DNA of 64,000 nt from Eledone cirrhosa (taxonomy: Eukaryota). The position numbers were made by a program, and so were the translations under genes. The notes below the pieces were generated by a model. The model ran no database searches. It was not told the DNA's origin and worked only from the letters and a program-made list of their open reading frames with translations. Below are positions 1-15,302 of this stretch, one piece after another (position 1 is the stretch's first letter; each line of letters begins with the position of its first letter). The DNA lies in assembly GCA_964016885.1 (NCBI GenBank), contig OZ024741.1, positions 349,060,001-349,124,000 on the forward strand. Reading direction: 5' to 3'.

Positions 1-198
1 TTACTTTTTGAATATATATATACTTTTGAAATATATATATGTGTGTGTGTGTGTATAGATATATTCATATATTTATGAACTATGTATATAAATATATTGA
101 TATATTTATATGTTTGTATATATATATATATATATATATTTATTTATATATATATATATACAAACATATAAATATATAAATATATTTATATACATAGT

Positions 199-1122
199 TC
201 AGCAGGCTACCTCAACAAAATAGAGTATATAGATGAGAACAATCAAAACACCCAAAATAAATCCCAGATAGGTAGATATAATAACACAACACCAAACCAC
301 ACTTACTACCATAGTATACACACCAGTAAACCAACAAACAAAACTAATAGAAAGCGATGCAAAGAGTACTTATGGTATAACCCTGAATACAATAGTTCCA
401 TTAGTACAAATTTACCAGTACTCTTCTTTAAAATAATTAAGAGACATTTTCCTACATCACACAAATACCACAAAATCCTAAACCCTACCACTATAAGACT
501 GTCATACTCTACAGCGTTAAACCTTGAACAACACATAAAAAAGATCAATACTAGAAGGTTAAACGAAAACACTAAAAACTTAAGTACAAAGAACACAAAA
601 AAAACAGTAGACAATACACTACAGAACATAAATAAACCACACCTAAGTTCGTCCGCAATACTACTCCAGAGAAAACCCAACGTACACAACTGTAACTGCA
701 CCTATCCTAACAACTGCCCCCTCGGCAATAACTGCCTGGAAAAAAATATTATTTATAAGTGTACCATTAAATCCGGAGGCAACGAGTGGTATTACGTGGG
801 ATCAACGGCAACATCGTTTAAATCTCGATTATATAGGCATTCTTACTCAATAAAACACCAGAGCCAAAGAAATGTAACAACTTTAGCAGAAAAAGCTTGG
901 ACGCTCAGGGATAGCGATCAAAAGTTTACCCTAAAATGGGAGAAATTAGCTAAAACCCAAAGCTTTTCCAGGAGCCAAAATTTCTGCAAATTGTGTAATC
1001 TTGAGATCTATTACATAATCACACACAAGAGGAAATTGCTGAATAACAGAATTGAACGAACATTATTCTGCCGTCACCGAACTAAAACCCTTTTTTCCCA
1101 CTACAAGCTGAATATTACATAA
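199..1122 (+). mobile_element. 5'-truncated Penelope-like element ORF (RT thumb/linker + Cys-rich linker + GIY-YIG endonuclease), Neptune-like
   Basis: The frame of ORF 796..1122 is open upstream to about 199 and reads ...SAGYLNKIEY...LWYNPEYNSSISTN...RHFPTSHKYHKILN...IRLSYST...CNCTYPNNCPLGNNCLEKNIIYKC...YYVGSTATSFKSRLYRH...CKLCNLE...LLN...CRH. This is the PLE linker plus GIY-YIG signature, also seen at 17016-17845. Confidence 0.9.
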
Positions 1123-2355
<1,233 letters not shown>

Positions 2356-2382
2356 TATATATATATACATAAACATACATAC

Positions 2383-2459
<77 letters not shown>

Positions 2460-2462
2460 AAC

Positions 2463-2528
<66 letters not shown>

Positions 2529-2594
2529 GTACGTTTATGTATATATATATATATATATATACACATACATACACACACATACGCACACCCACAT

Positions 2595-2645
<51 letters not shown>

Positions 2646-2790
2646 TATATATATATATATATATGTAGGAGGTGAGTTTTATTGTAGTACAATAAAGCAA
2701 TGCAGATATCGGATAAGAAGCACTCTACAGTTTGTAGGACTGGAGTATGCATAATATAAGATCAAAAGATGGTTAAAGGAGTTCCATGTA

Positions 2791-2857
2791 TTTTATTATG
2801 CGCATTTCAAAAACAAACATCATCATGCAATAATATTTGTGTTTTCATCAGATAAAA
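2791..2857 (-). ncRNA. Minimal type I hammerhead ribozyme (mirror copy in palindrome)
   Basis: Reverse complement of 2978-3044. Confidence 0.85.
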
Positions 2858-2977
2858 CAGGAGAACATGATATGAAGGCTAAAAAACACTTGTGGATAGT
2901 GCAGTTTTAAAACAACATGTTGGTTTAAAACTGCACTATCCACAAGTGTTTTTTAGCCTTCATATCATGTTCTCCTG

Positions 2978-3044
2978 TTTTATCTGATGAAAACACAAAT
3001 ATTATTGCATGATGATGTTTGTTTTTGAAATGCGCATAATAAAA
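2978..3044 (+). ncRNA. Minimal type I hammerhead ribozyme
   Basis: ttttat CTGATGA aaacacaaatattat...atgatgtttgttttt GAAA T-GCGC-A TA ataaaa. Intact core, 6-bp stem I, long stem II, palindromic stem III loop. Confidence 0.85.
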
Positions 3045-3307
3045 TACATGGAACTCCTTTAACCATCTTTTGATCTTATATTATATATATATATGTATAT
3101 ACAAACATATTAATATATCAATATATTTATATACATAGTTCATAAATATATGAATATATCTATACACACACACACACATATATATATTTCAAAAGTATAT
3201 ACATATTCAAAAAGTAAACCGAAACAAATATATATATATATACAAAGATATAAATATATGAATATATTTATATACATAGTTCATAAATTTGGGTGTGTGT
3301 ATGTGTG

Positions 3308-3347
<40 letters not shown>

Positions 3348-3348
<1 letters not shown>

Positions 3349-4193
3349 GAGGTGTGTCAGAAAGGTTCCAGGACTGATGTCACAAAAGATTTATTTCAAA
3401 CCCAAACTTCACACTTTCTCCTTCAAAGTAATCCCCCTGTAGTCTAATTCCCTTTTCCATCCTTCTCTGCCACGCATGCATGCACTCCTCGTCGTCACGG
3501 CCTTTTGATGTCGTCCACGTCTTCAAATCGGGACCCCTCCGGGTCGTACTCGAAGATCCATGACTCATCACCGGTGATGACTGTCCCTAGCAAGTCTGGT
3601 TCGGTTTCAAGTCGCTCGAGGATGTCCTGGCACACTTGCATGCGTCGACCCTTCTGGTCATCGTTCAGCTGTTTTGGCACCATCTTCGCGCAGACTTTCC
3701 GCATGTCCAAATCTTCAGTGAGAATCTTCCAGATGCTGTCCCGATTCATGCCCAGCTCATTTGCCATCAGTCGAACAGTCAGCCGACGATCGCTACGCAC
3801 CATCTGCCTGACACGCTCAACGTTGACATCAGTCCTGGTTGTTGAGGTCCTTCCGCTCCTGGAGTCATCTTGCACCACTCAAAAACACGTGAGCGTGACA
3901 TCGTCTCATCTCCATACACTCGCTGCAGCAATCCCGGTGCTTTTGAAGGAGTTTTCCCCAACCGTACCAGAAACTTCAAGTTTGTTCGTTGCTCTGTTCT
4001 CATTGCTTGACGACCTGAAACAGAGGACATGTATTAAAATTATGAAGAAAAAAGTGTGATCGCTGCAGTGAGCTAAGATTACAGTTACATACTCCAGGGG
4101 GATTACTTTGAAGGAGAAAACTCTTAGTGTGAAGTTTGGGTTTGAAATAAATCTTTTGTGACATCAGTCCTGTAACTTTTCTGACACACCTCG
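3348..4193 (-). mobile_element. Tc1/mariner transposon (mariner type), internally deleted and frameshifted
   Basis: TIRs CGAGGTGTGTCAG... at 3348 and ...CTGACACACCTCG at 4193, with homology over about 90 bp and TA on both sides. Transposase pieces: EQRTNLKFLVRLGKTPS...VYGDETMSRSRVFEW, VQDDSRSGR, KVCAKMVPKQL, VITGDESWIFEYDPE fused directly to GSRFEDVDDIK...QGDYFEG. Confidence 0.95.
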
Positions 4194-4229
4194 TATATAC
4201 ACACACACATACACACACCCACAGACACA

Positions 4230-4305
<76 letters not shown>

Positions 4306-4546
4306 TATATCTGTTATGTATGTGTTTGCGTGGGTGTGGGTATTTGATAAATGTCTGTGTATTTGACTTCTTTGTGTTGAGAAGTAAAAGTAAAACCATC
4401 ACGTCGTTCCCAGGGTGATTAACGGTATGGGCGAATTGAAACTGTCTCAGTTCACCTTGTTGTAGAGAATAGAAGCCAGAGCAATTGTATACATAACATA
4501 CGAAAATACACACGCCTTCATATATACTTATACCTACACCTACATA

Positions 4547-4830
4547 GTGGAGGCACGTGGCCTAGTGGAAAGAGTGTTGGACTTACGATCATAATGTCGT
4601 GCGTTCGATGCTTGGGCTGCGTGTTGTGTTCTTGAGCAACACACTTCATTTGCCGTTGCTCCAGTATACTCAGCTGAAAATAAGTACCAGCAATAGCTGG
4701 AGGTTTAACTCTGCGATGGACTGGCGTCCTGTCCAGGGGGGGGGGGAGTCTTGTACTCTCAGTCGCTTCACGCAATGAAACCGGGATAAGCACCGGCCAA
4801 ATGAGCCTTCTGGCCTAAGACAGACTTTAG
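4547..4830 (+). mobile_element. tRNA-derived SINE (MetaSINE/CORE-like central domain)
   Basis: A box gtggcctagtgg, B box gttcgatgc, central gtgttcttgagcaacacact, then gcgatggactggcgtcctgtccagggg and a LINE-like tail gaaaccgggataagcaccggcc. Confidence 0.75.
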
Positions 4831-5012
4831 ACACATACATATGTACAGACATACGTACATACATACATACATAAATACATACAAACAAACGCATATATAT
4901 ATATATAAAGAGAGAAAGATAGAGAGAGAAATAAATACAGATACAGAACATACATACATAAACATATATATATATATACATACACATATATATACACAAC
5001 TACACGCACACA

Positions 5013-5059
<47 letters not shown>

Positions 5060-5391
5060 AGATACATACATATACACTCATATGCACAAATACAGACATG
5101 CAAACACACACATTTGCCCTCATGTAAATATAGATGTACATACTGTATGTGGGTATGTGTTATACAAACACACATAGATACATGCATTTATATATTCCTA
5201 CATGCATTCATACACACACACGCATAGATATATACATATATAAACATATCTAGCTAGTTAGCTAGATAGATAGAGAGAAAGAAATAGGGGGGAGACAGAC
5301 AGACAATTGATGGATAGATAAAAATGTGGATAGATTACATAAATAAATAGATAGATAGATTAATTGAGGTACATGTGTCAGTGCGTCTATG

Positions 5392-5442
<51 letters not shown>

Positions 5443-6319
5443 CAACCGCGTAGGCGAGCGGCTGTGCACAGCTATTAATGAGTGGGTTGATATAATTCCA
5501 AAGCTGTAATCAGATTTATGATATCTGAAGCTAACATTTCACGAAATCCGTGAAGAAGAGAGAAACAATACAGGGTGGTCCTCAACAAACATGATGGGTG
5601 GAGGCAAAAATTGGATATAAGAGCAAACAGAAAACGCCAGAGGAAAATAGAAAAAGGGTGAAGTCGACAAAGTCAAAAGATTGTCTATTGTAATATTCGA
5701 ACACACATGTCAGTGATGTTGTTATTGTTATTTATATTGTTGTAGTTTTCGTTGTTACATTTGTAAACTGCGTTACGGAAAATCATGTTATACACACACA
5801 CACACACACACGCACACGTCTGTATATATATCTATATATCTATATATATATATAGGTTATATATCTATATATCTATATATATATATAGGTTATATATCTA
5901 TATATCTATATATATATATATATATATTAAAATAACAGATTAAAGTTTAAGCAAAGATTCAGTGCTTTCACCCTTAACGGGATCTTCTGAAACTAACAAA
6001 GACAATCTGTGAACGCAGAAGTGAATATTTCAAAAAACGATGCAGCCGGAGGAAGACAGGGAGATGATACTTTGGTTCGTGGAAACGTTCCATGGCAAAG
6101 AACGGGAAAAACGAATACAATACGTCATTATTTGGAGCGGTGAAAAACAATTACACGCAAAGACAGAACCACGTTTATGGTATAAAAGAAGTCGTAGACT
6201 AATATTCTATTAGGATGTTCATAGAGACGAAGATAATACGTCATATGTGGACCGGGAAGAACAATTGCACGTAAATGGTATAACTGAAGTTGTAGACTAA
6301 AATTCTAACTAGGAAACCG

Positions 6320-7395
6320 AATGATTCTCGGCTTAATGCTGTAACTAAGGATTGCCGTAAAACTAATCGGAGCGTCATTAATGAAATCAACGATGCTGGG
6401 TTTAAAATCACCTCTGATCTCAACATCCTGGATCGGACCGAACCTCTGGACCCTATTTCTCCCCACTTTACTCTGAAGGATCACAAATCGAATTTCCGAA
6501 CAACCCCTCTATTCGGCTTATTAACCCTACAAAGTCCGATTTAGGTAGACTTAGTAAAAGCATTCTTGATAGAATTATACCTGAAATTAGAAGTTTGGCC
6601 CCTCTTGCACTGTGGAACAATTCTTTCGCGGTGATTGATTGGTTCAACGGCATATGCAACAAGGAACATTGCCGTTTTATCCAATTCGACATCAATAATT
6701 ACTACTCCTCCACCACTTTACCACTTCTCCTTAGAGCTATCAATTTCGCTAAAACACTCACAGTGGTTAAGGATTTCGAAGTTGATGTCATCGTCAATGC
6801 CCGTAAGTCGGTGATTAATTTCGACGACTCTATTTGGATTAAAAAATCTAATAGTACCCCATTCGACGTGAGTATGGGCGCCAGCGATTCTGTGCAGGTT
6901 ACTGATCTTATCGGCCTTTTCCTTCTTTTCTCTATCAAGGACGAATTCCCCAACGTGGGCGGTGGTTTGTGCCATGATGATGGTCTTTTGACTATGACTA
7001 AGTGCGGCCCACGTGCTTGCGACAGGTTCAGAAAAGAACTCACAGCCTTCTTTAAAGGCTTCAACCTCTCCATACAGGTTGAGGCCAACCTCTCGGTCGT
7101 TAATTACCTCGACGTTACCCTCAATTTATCGAATGGCTTGCATTACCCGTATAGAAAGCCGAATGATGCGCTTAATTACATAAGCAAGCATTCTAACCAT
7201 CCTGCCAGCATAACCAAGAACCTGGTAAGAAACGTTTCTTTGAGGCTTTCCCGTCTATCTACTAACGAGCATATTTTCAACGACGATTCCACATATTACA
7301 ATGAAGCTCTTGCTCGGAGTGGATTTGTCGATAAGGTAGCATATACAGAGTACGAGAATAGACCTAGAAGAAATAGATCCCGATCCACCATATAA
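6320..7395 (+). pseudogene. Penelope-like reverse transcriptase fragment (frameshift near 6497; YRDD motif altered to CHDD)
   Basis: ORF 6595..7395 plus the upstream frame, with PLE RT motifs as above. Confidence 0.88.
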
Positions 7396-7500
7396 TATGG
7401 AGGTGGCCACACCTTTAGCTAGAAATCTTTCTAACCAAAGTATCGTCTTCCTGTCTTCCCCCGGTTGCAACGTTTTTTTAAATATTCACTTCTGCGTTCA

Positions 7501-7574
7501 CAGATTGACTTTGTTAGTTTCAGAAGATCCCGTTAAGGGTGAAAGCAGCGATTATTTGCTTAAACTTTAATCTG
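7501..7574 (+). ncRNA. Hammerhead-like motif of the Neptune-like pLTR with CAGAAGA core
   Basis: cagattga..agttt CAGAAGA tccc gttaa gggt GAAA gca gcgattatt tgc TT aaact ttaatctg. Other copies: 5936-6009(-), 11592-11650(-), 16035-16108(-), 18009-18082(+), 34706-34758(+, truncated). Confidence 0.65.
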
Positions 7575-7687
7575 TTATTTTAATAAATATTTCCTCTACG
7601 GTTCTTATATATTTGATATATATTTATCCTTGTCGAGCGCTCTTTGGATTTTAGTCTTCAAATTTATTATTATTACTATATATATAT

Positions 7688-8624
7688 ATCACGATAAATT
7701 GACGGAGCCGTAGACTCTCGCCATTCCCTGTAAATAATGTGCTCAAAGGAGAAGAAATACTGAGCTCTTTAAAATACAATATGTTGAAAAGGTAACACAC
7801 CAGAGAGAGATATACAGTGCGCTATCAATAAAACAGGGAAAAACAACCAGTGTATGGAATCTATAACCTATGAAAGGCAGACTATTGACACGATAATTAA
7901 AAATATAAATTAAAGCGTAAATAAATACCTCTATAACTATATAACACACGTACAAATCCAAAGAGATCCGTTTCGCCAGAAAGTTGTTGACAGAAACCGA
8001 ATAACCTCGGTTCCTCAGCGTGTGTAAGGCTATACATTTCAGACAACACTAAGAGAATTTTAAAAGTAACTGTCCAGCTACACGTGGGAGAGAGAAGTCA
8101 CAGCGGGTTTAATGGCAGTGACCAGTGGCCACTGAGGGACGAGCTGCTAGAAAGGGCAGCCCAAAACCACTCAGAGAAGTGTGCTCAACCAATGAGAGAG
8201 AGGAAAGACTGTTATAAGGAGCGAAATATCACGATAAATTAACGGAGCCATAGACTCTCGCCATTCCCTGTAAATAATGTGCTCAAAGGAGAAGAAATCT
8301 TGAGCTCTTTAAAATACAATATGTTGAGAAGGTAACACACTAGAGAGAGATATACAGTGCGCTATCAATAAAACAGGGAAAAACAACCAGTGTATGGAAT
8401 CTATAACCTATGAAAGGCAGACTATAGACACGGATCTCTTAGGATTTGTACGTGTGTTATATAGTTATAGAGGTATTTATTTACGCTTTAATTTATATTT
8501 TTAATTATCGTGTCTATAGTCTGCCTTTCATAGGTTATAGATTCCATACACTGGTGGTTTTTCCCTGTTTTATTGATAGCGCACTGTATATCTCTCTCTA
8601 GAGTGTTACCTTTTCAACATATTG

Positions 8625-8627
<3 letters not shown>
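7688..8627 (-). mobile_element. Non-coding HHR-bearing element: 540-bp tandem unit + partial unit + inverted arm (retrozyme/pLTR-like)
   Basis: atcacgataaatt at 7688 and 8228 gives a period of 540. 8431-8627 is the reverse complement of about 7774-7970. (TA)n on both sides. Confidence 0.8.
7944..8025 (-). ncRNA. Type I hammerhead-like motif with atypical domain II
   Basis: acacacg CTGAGGA [accgaggttattcggtttctgtcaacaactttctggc] GAAA cggatc tctttg gatttg TA cgtgtgt. 7-bp stem I, 6-bp stem III, GUA triplet. Confidence 0.65.
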
Positions 8628-9585
<958 letters not shown>

Positions 9586-9683
9586 AATGCTCGGATCTAT
9601 TCATTGGAATCTTTGAGCATATTCTACAGTGGATATGGTGCATGTTTCTCGGACATGTCACCCTTAATTTAACTTTGGGTATA

Positions 9684-9725
<42 letters not shown>

Positions 9726-9779
9726 TGTGTATGTGTGTATATATGTGTGTGTGTGTGAGTGTATAATTAGTTACAACAG

Positions 9780-11100
9780 TGATAAGAACAGGTACTTACG
9801 TTTCGTTGGGTTATTCACACCAATTCATTCAGCCAGTCATATGAATAATAATCGCTTAGCCCATGGAGATTTTAGAATGTATGGCAGATACTCTTAAATA
9901 ATGAGGAACCCCTGGATAAAGAATTACACTATTAATTTCATATTGGATCATTTGATTGGGCTGACATATGCGTTTTGGTGGGCCTTTTTATCTTAGACAC
10001 GGTTCGTAAGAAATTCCCTGACTTCCATCCGGGCCTATATCGTGATGATGTTCTTGCACTATCGAGCCATAAATGTGCCTATGACATCGACATTTTTAGA
10101 AAAAGAATCCTGATTACTACCTTTAATAACCTAAAAGTAAAACTTACAATCTCTACAAACCTCACAAGTGGTAACTTGCAAGACTTTAATTTATACCTAC
10201 ATACAGGCACAATCAGATCATCCTCCAAACCAATTTAAAAATGTTGTTTCATTCAAAAAGACTCTTGCCACCCGCTGTAGTTTTTTTTTAAATCTCATTA
10301 ATAACATCAACAAGAGGGCATCCAACCTTTCTTCTGGGAAAGCCATCTTTTACAAGGAAGCCTCCTACTACAGCTCAGACCTAAGCAGCTTTGGCTTCTT
10401 CGTGAGAATCACTTACACTCCAGATCACCGCCCTATGTCTAGTAAGAAAGAAAAAAGCTAAGCATAAAGCCATTTTGTGGTTCGTGCCACTATTCCTGGT
10501 TAGTGTGAAGACCAATGTGTGTAGAAAATTCCTAGCCTTTCTAGATTTTCATTTCCCTGTTGACCATAAATACAGACAAATATTCAACCGCAATAGAGTG
10601 AAAATAGGATACTCTTGTACCAGTAACATAAAATCCCACATCGCCAACAAACGCAAATTCCTTTCACCTTACAGATGCTCATGCAGGACAGAGGCATGGC
10701 CCCTGGATCAACAGTGTAACACTCCAACGGTGATATATGAAGCAGAAGGGACCTGCACCAACCAGAACAAACAAACGGAAGCCTGGACTTATGTAAAATA
10801 TCTGAGAGTCGGTACAAAGCCGTTTCCTGAGCCATCAAACAACCTTCAGACATCCTAAAAAAAGGAACAAACATACTACTCAGCATGTGAACCAAGTATG
10901 GAACCTCAAAAATAAAGGTACATCGTTCTTCATTACATTGAGGATACTGGAAAAACCCATCAATGCAACTCGGAGAGGAGGAATATTCTCTCCAAACTGG
11001 CTGGAAACGCTGCTTAAATACCCGCCTTGCCTGCTTCAGTCGCTGACCTCATGTATCAAGATTAATTCTGACAAAACTTAAGTAAATTAACAAAGAGAGG
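9780..11100 (+). mobile_element. Degenerate Penelope-like (Neptune-like) element, RT + GIY-YIG fragments
   Basis: GLYRDDVLA, SDHPP, WFVPLF..SVKTNV..KFL..LDFHFP.DHKY..IFNRN.VKIGYSC, CSCR...PL...C....VIYEA...YV, VWNLKNKG. Several frameshifts. Confidence 0.85.
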
Positions 11101-11163
<63 letters not shown>

Positions 11164-11219
11164 GAGATAAACATATATCTGTTCGAATCCTAATGGACCA
11201 GGTTCGCTAGGGTGAAAAT

Positions 11220-11412
11220 AATTGTTTCTACTTTTGGCACCAGGCCAGCAATTACCCCAGTGCATTACTGGTACTTTATTTTATCGACCCCGTAAGGATG
11301 AAAGTCAAAGTTAACCTCGGCGGGCTTTGAACTCAGATCATAAAGGGAGGTAACTCTTGCTTCAAAGCCTGGCGCCCGACCCTCTACCAATACTGCCAAT
11401 CCACCGCCCTGG
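11220..11412 (-). mobile_element. Abundant tRNA-derived SINE family (octopus-type)
   Basis: Consensus ctggtactttattttatcgaccccgtaaggatgaaaggcaaagttaacctcggcgggatttgaactcag, whose reverse complement contains the B box gttcaaatcc. Many copies in the window. Confidence 0.85.
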
Positions 11413-11582
11413 GGTGAACATAATACTAACTATTAACAATAGGGTTTGTCAGACTCAATTTAAAATAATAAACCAAGAAAAGAATTACAAACCGATATAG
11501 GGTAACTGCCGGACACCCAGACAACTTATGGTAGGCTGTTTCACAATTTTAACGAAGGGAATTATATATATATATATATATA

Positions 11583-11810
11583 TTAAAATAACAGATTAAA
11601 GTTTAAGCAAAGAATCGCTGCTTCCACCCTTAACGGGTTCTTCTGAAACTTCACAATATCCCATTAAGGGTGAAAGCAGCGATCCTTTGCTTAAACTTTA
11701 ATCTGTTACTTTAATAAATTTTTGCTCTAGGGTTCTTATATATTTGATATATATTTATCCGTATCGAGCCCTCTTTGGATTTTAGTCTTCACATTTATTA
11801 TTATTACTAT
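11583..11810. mobile_element. Fold-back remnant of the Neptune-like pLTR (same family as 5926-7680)
   Basis: 11583-11650 is inverted and 11665-11810 is the direct pLTR end. The junction falls inside the HHR motif. Confidence 0.85.
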
Positions 11811-11838
11811 ATATATATGTGTGTGTGTACACACACGC

Positions 11839-11984
<146 letters not shown>

Positions 11985-12258
11985 GCATATATATATATAC
12001 ATACATACATACATATTTTTTCCTCATGTCATCATATTCGTCATGCATACTGTTGTTGTTATTATCGAGTAGGTGTGTTTATGTACGAATGGTGGTTGGT
12101 TGCCCTGTTGTTTAACGAAAGTCAACGGAAGTGTGTCGCTGTTATGACAAACAAGAAAGGTCAAGTGATCCGTTATCACAGAAACAATGATGGCTTTATT
12201 TCGCCTTTGCTTTCTCAATCTTTCTTTTTGTCTTTGTTGCTCACTCATACTATCCCAC

Positions 12259-12333
<75 letters not shown>

Positions 12334-12751
12334 CAGAAAGAGGGTGAAAGAGAGGAAAGGAGAAACAAAAAGACAATGAGTAAGAAAAATATGTAGATTG
12401 ATTCGCTTGTTTGTTTATATAATTGTAATGCAGTGTAGCTTTTCGTTTAGGCATATTATGTTTTTTTCCATAATTTCGAGATAGTTCCTCGAGTTTATTT
12501 GGTACAATAAAGTACTGAAATATGTCCTCAATGTTTCTAGACTTCCATAAAGAAAATGTTGCACCAATATAACTGGTGTAGGAATTTCCCCAGAATTTTG
12601 TATTTTGATCCCCAGATCAAAGGTATAATTTTTTTTATTTGTGACTGATGTTTGTTGCTTTTGTTTATTTAAATATGGTGTCGTACTTTAATTATTGAAT
12701 TCATCATGAATCATTAATATTTCTCCAGCGTTATGCACAGTATGTTTATAA

Positions 12752-13018
<267 letters not shown>

Positions 13019-13079
13019 TATGTGTGTGTGTGGGGTGGGGGGGGGGGGGGGGGGGGCACGAATCGAATATCGTTATTAT

Positions 13080-14300
13080 TCGATATAAAACCCACGAATG
13101 CATTTACGTATCCGCTACGAGATATTTCATCTGTAGCTCTAATGACTCTACCAATTCACTACCTGTGCTATTCTATTCTTCGGAATCTTGTTGTCTTACT
13201 ATTTTATTTAATGTGCTGGTTTGAAGATTTCGCTGAATAGTCGAATAGAAATAGTTAACCTCTATGTCGCTTCGTGGATTAATACTGCTTGACCTGCATG
13301 ACGGTAATTGAGAGTTTTCTATAGAGAAGAGATACTTCTACTGCAAACACCCACTATACACGAGATTCGGTCTTTGACATTTATAATAGTATCAGGTACT
13401 TTCTGCACTCAACAAGCTTCACTATATAGTCAGTGGAATATCATCTCTCGTATATTGTCGAAGGTTTGGGAAGGATATCATCAACAGTGGCTTGGAAGTG
13501 GTTCTAGTTTCGTCCCTTCTAAAGAACTTTCAAGTGGCCGATTTTGAATAATTCACAACAATCATTGACGTGTCTTGTGATACATGGGGACACTGCATAT
13601 TCAAGGTAAACATTACAGGGATAGTTTTGATTCAGTGATCAGCAACCGAAATTGTCCAAAACGTAAGCAGCTTCAAAAACAGTTCCGTTTTTTTTAAAGC
13701 TGTTGATTTATACCTAAGCGTTATAAAGATGACACCGCCACATTTCTTTAGCCAGAAAGAGCGGCCATTGTCATCTTTCTTGTAGCTATTGTGAAGCACT
13801 TTATGTGGTTCCAAGGGAATGAAATGTTTGATGACAGATCAATTCCTTTCAGAACATGTCCTCGTCAACATTTTGAAGTCCCATACGAGGAGAAAGATGA
13901 GGTTAGTTAGGCAGGTGCACTTCTCCAGTTGATTATATTAAATGTGAATAAGAGTGGAAACATTGTGATGTCTAACCTGGTGCACGTTAATTATACTTCT
14001 ATAATCTGGGAACAACTGGAAAGTGTATTTTCTTATGGTGTGTCAGGATAATCCTGGTTTGTTTGTGGTGTAAGCTGAATTCCACTATATGTTTGCTACC
14101 CCACTTTGAGGGTCTTTTTGATGCTCTTATTTTTTCATGCAAAGTTCATTTTATTTAATATCTTTTTATTAATGTTATTTAAACTTATTTGCAGATGATC
14201 AACGCAAACTGACAATGGAAAGGCGCTCCCGCACGAGTTAGAAAGGAACTATTGACCTTCAGGAGAAGCAGCGACACCTGATTGTATTCAGCAACTGAAA
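13080..14300 (+). pseudogene. Possible highly decayed hAT-like (Buster/ZBED-type) transposase
   Basis: Only weak motif-like pieces (EE.LL.....T..S.FDI; KAVD; .W...GN..; KL..W.R....G..D), with many stops. Confidence 0.25.
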
Positions 14301-15302
14301 CAAATATGAAGTACACAAAATCTAATGTTCCTAAGGGCGGCCCTGGTTCTTCTTATTTACGAGTGTAAACTCGGCCAGATTAGATTAGATAACACTTAAT
14401 ATATACTTCACCATTTTTAGTCGATTTAAAGGCCTCACAGTTTCTTCTTTCTTGATTTCGTTTTGCATTTTGCTATTTTCCTACTCCCCTATATTGAAAC
14501 ACTGTGACCAATATAAGAAATTATTATTATTAGATTTGCTGTTGTAGGTGGTTGGTTTTGTTTTCAAACAGTTCATATGGCGTAGCGCTTTGTTGTCGAT
14601 ATTTGTGTTGCTAGGCTGATACTGGCCCGTGGGCGACCCGTGTCTTTTGGGTTGGTGAAAGAGTATGAGTAGCCTGTGTATATATGATATGATTGCTAAC
14701 ATTTTCACGCCCATGCGTTATTGACGGGTGTAAGGTGTGGTAGGTCAAAAGGGAAATGTTGACAAGATAATAAGTTCCATAATATATGCTGAACAGAATC
14801 AATGTTAAACCACGTTTTTGTATCTCTTACTACAGCCTTCTCGTAAAGTTTAAGTTAACCTGCAAATGAATTGAACTTGCGATACAGATTCAGTGTTAGT
14901 AATTATTTCTTCAACAAAACCTAACAAATACGGAGTAGTTATAAATGTCAAAATTATGATTACCCCTATGGTCTTATCGATGGATACTTGTAAATACGTT
15001 AAATATAGGAATTCATGTCAGATCTAGAGCATGAGATGAAGATATATTTAACTTTCTCCTAAAATATTGCCCTACTTGCCCTTCTCGTATTTTTATCTAT
15101 TTGTTGCTATGTCTATGTTTATACACGCGTGTGCATTTATGGCAACTTATAATGGAATATATATATAATAAATGTAACCTGAGTTTTTCGAATATTAATA
15201 ATAACATTCGATTCGTTTGCAATTATGCAAACAAGCTTCAATTTTATAGCCATGTCAGTAGAATGAACACTTCATTCTTGCTCTTGTGTTGGCATGCGAA
15301 CA

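Larger units (their letters stand above)
2751..3084. repeat. 334-bp spacerless palindrome (fold-back PLE 3' end)
   Basis: Arms are symmetric about 2917/2918 (caacatgttg), with one mismatch seen (2912/2923). An extra tail lies at 2664-2750, and (TA)n flanks the element. Confidence 0.95.
5926..7680 (+). mobile_element. Penelope-like (Neptune-like) element: inverted pLTR + RT fragment + direct pLTR; GIY-YIG deleted
   Basis: RT 6320-7395 reads FTLKDHKSNF..NPSIRLINPTKSDLGRLSKSILD, FIQFDINNYY, FDVSMGASD, LCHDDGL, VNYLDVTLNL, PYRKPND, SNHP. 5926-6077 is the reverse complement of 7433-7583. (TA)n on both sides. Confidence 0.92.

Noticed and set aside
4547-4625. tRNA gene
   Set aside because: A/B boxes are the head of a SINE. 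There is no complete cloverleaf and it continues into the SINE body.
6320-7395. Naiad/Chlamys-type (N-terminal GIY-YIG, selenoprotein) PLE or telomerase
   Set aside because: The sister copy places GIY-YIG C-terminal to the RT, and no in-frame TGA at Cys positions was seen.
9798-9840. Minus-strand CTGAATGA..ttgg/ccaa..GAAACGTAAGTA at the 5' side of the decayed PLE
   Set aside because: The core has an insertion and stem I is weak. Probably a decayed inverted pLTR ribozyme, but not supportable alone.
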